DNA of 64,000 nucleotides, from contig OZ024754.1 in the NCBI GenBank assembly GCA_964016885.1, forward strand, positions 13,392,001-13,456,000, read 5' to 3'. Positions 63,336-64,000 of the stretch are shown in pieces. The notes under the pieces were generated by a model. It worked only from the letters and a program-made list of their open reading frames with translations, had not been told where the DNA came from and ran no database searches. The translations under genes and the position numbers were made by a program. The number at the start of each line of letters is the position of its first letter. Within the stretch, counting starts at the first letter, position 1. Source of the stretch: Eledone cirrhosa (taxonomy: Eukaryota).

Positions 63336-63455
63336 TTTTTTAGAAAGAAGTTAGATAGATAGACAGATAGTTAGATAGAGATGGGGAGAGAAATAGAGAG
63401 AGCGTAGAAGACAGAAGAGAAAGAGCGGTTTTGAAGGAAAGATATATATATATAT

Positions 63456-64000
63456 AAGTATGTACACGTACATACATATATGTATACAGACGTACAGTAG
63501 TATGTATATTTGTATACATACATGCACACATATATATATATGTACGTATGGATTCACCGAACATTTATTATAATGCTCGGTGTGTTTGTAAACAAACATC
63601 CCGTATTAAGCCGTAGTGTCCAGCAACCATCGTTGCTCGTTTGTTCAACACTGACAAAGGAACGCTGTGCTAGTTTCAAGCTCATTAGCTATCGTCAGCA
63701 ACGTATACCTTCCTGCCAGATTGCTGAACGTATATACTTACCTTGTGCATATTAACGGCTGAGTAGTCCAATTTGCATATCGAGTGGGTTAATCGGCCGG
63801 GTGCACCGAAAACGATAAATGGAAAAATTGAAACGAAATTTCAATTCCCACTCTTAGTACGGCTGTTACTTAAATATAAGTATGTACACGTACATAGATA
63901 TATGTATACAGACGTACAGTAGTATGTATATATATATACATACATGCGCACATATATATATGTACGTATGGATTCACCGAACATTTATTATAATGCTCGG
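63456..64000 (-). mobile_element. Tandem ~422-nt HHR-containing repeat (pLTR or retrozyme-like), runs off the window end
   Basis: aagtatgtacacgtaca at 63456 and 63878; HHR at 63663-63703 (-). Confidence 0.7.

Overview
Eukaryotic, AT-rich, extremely microsatellite-rich DNA with no intact host gene that I can recognise. The tRNA-derived SINEs and overall repeat landscape suggest an octopus/cephalopod genome (inference). Almost all ORFs in the track are translations of (TA)n, (CA)n, (GA)n or trinucleotide repeats. Real coding remnants are all from transposons: a Penelope-like element (PLE) with RT C-terminus, Cys linker and GIY-YIG (19.4-20.2 kb) plus two more GIY-YIG C-terminal fragments, two RTE LINE fragments, the 5' half of a CR1-type LINE, Tx1-type LINE pieces in (GATA)n, and an internally deleted mariner. 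There are also four non-autonomous Helitrons, many SINEs and several satellites. The main hidden signal is that the 'unique' islands between (TA)n tracts are mostly fold-back elements, each carrying a type I hammerhead ribozyme (HHR). By eye I found about 30 complete or degenerate motifs from roughly 15-19 unrelated sequence families. They show palindromic stem III, stem II inserts up to ~100 nt, recurrent core variants and a shared ACTC...GAGTRC 3' tail hairpin. Two loci (29.5-31.2 kb, ~553-nt unit; 63.5-64 kb, ~422-nt unit) are ORF-less tandem HHR repeats resembling retrozymes. All ribozyme calls are from manual motif and pairing inspection, not folding software or assays, and element boundaries are approximate.
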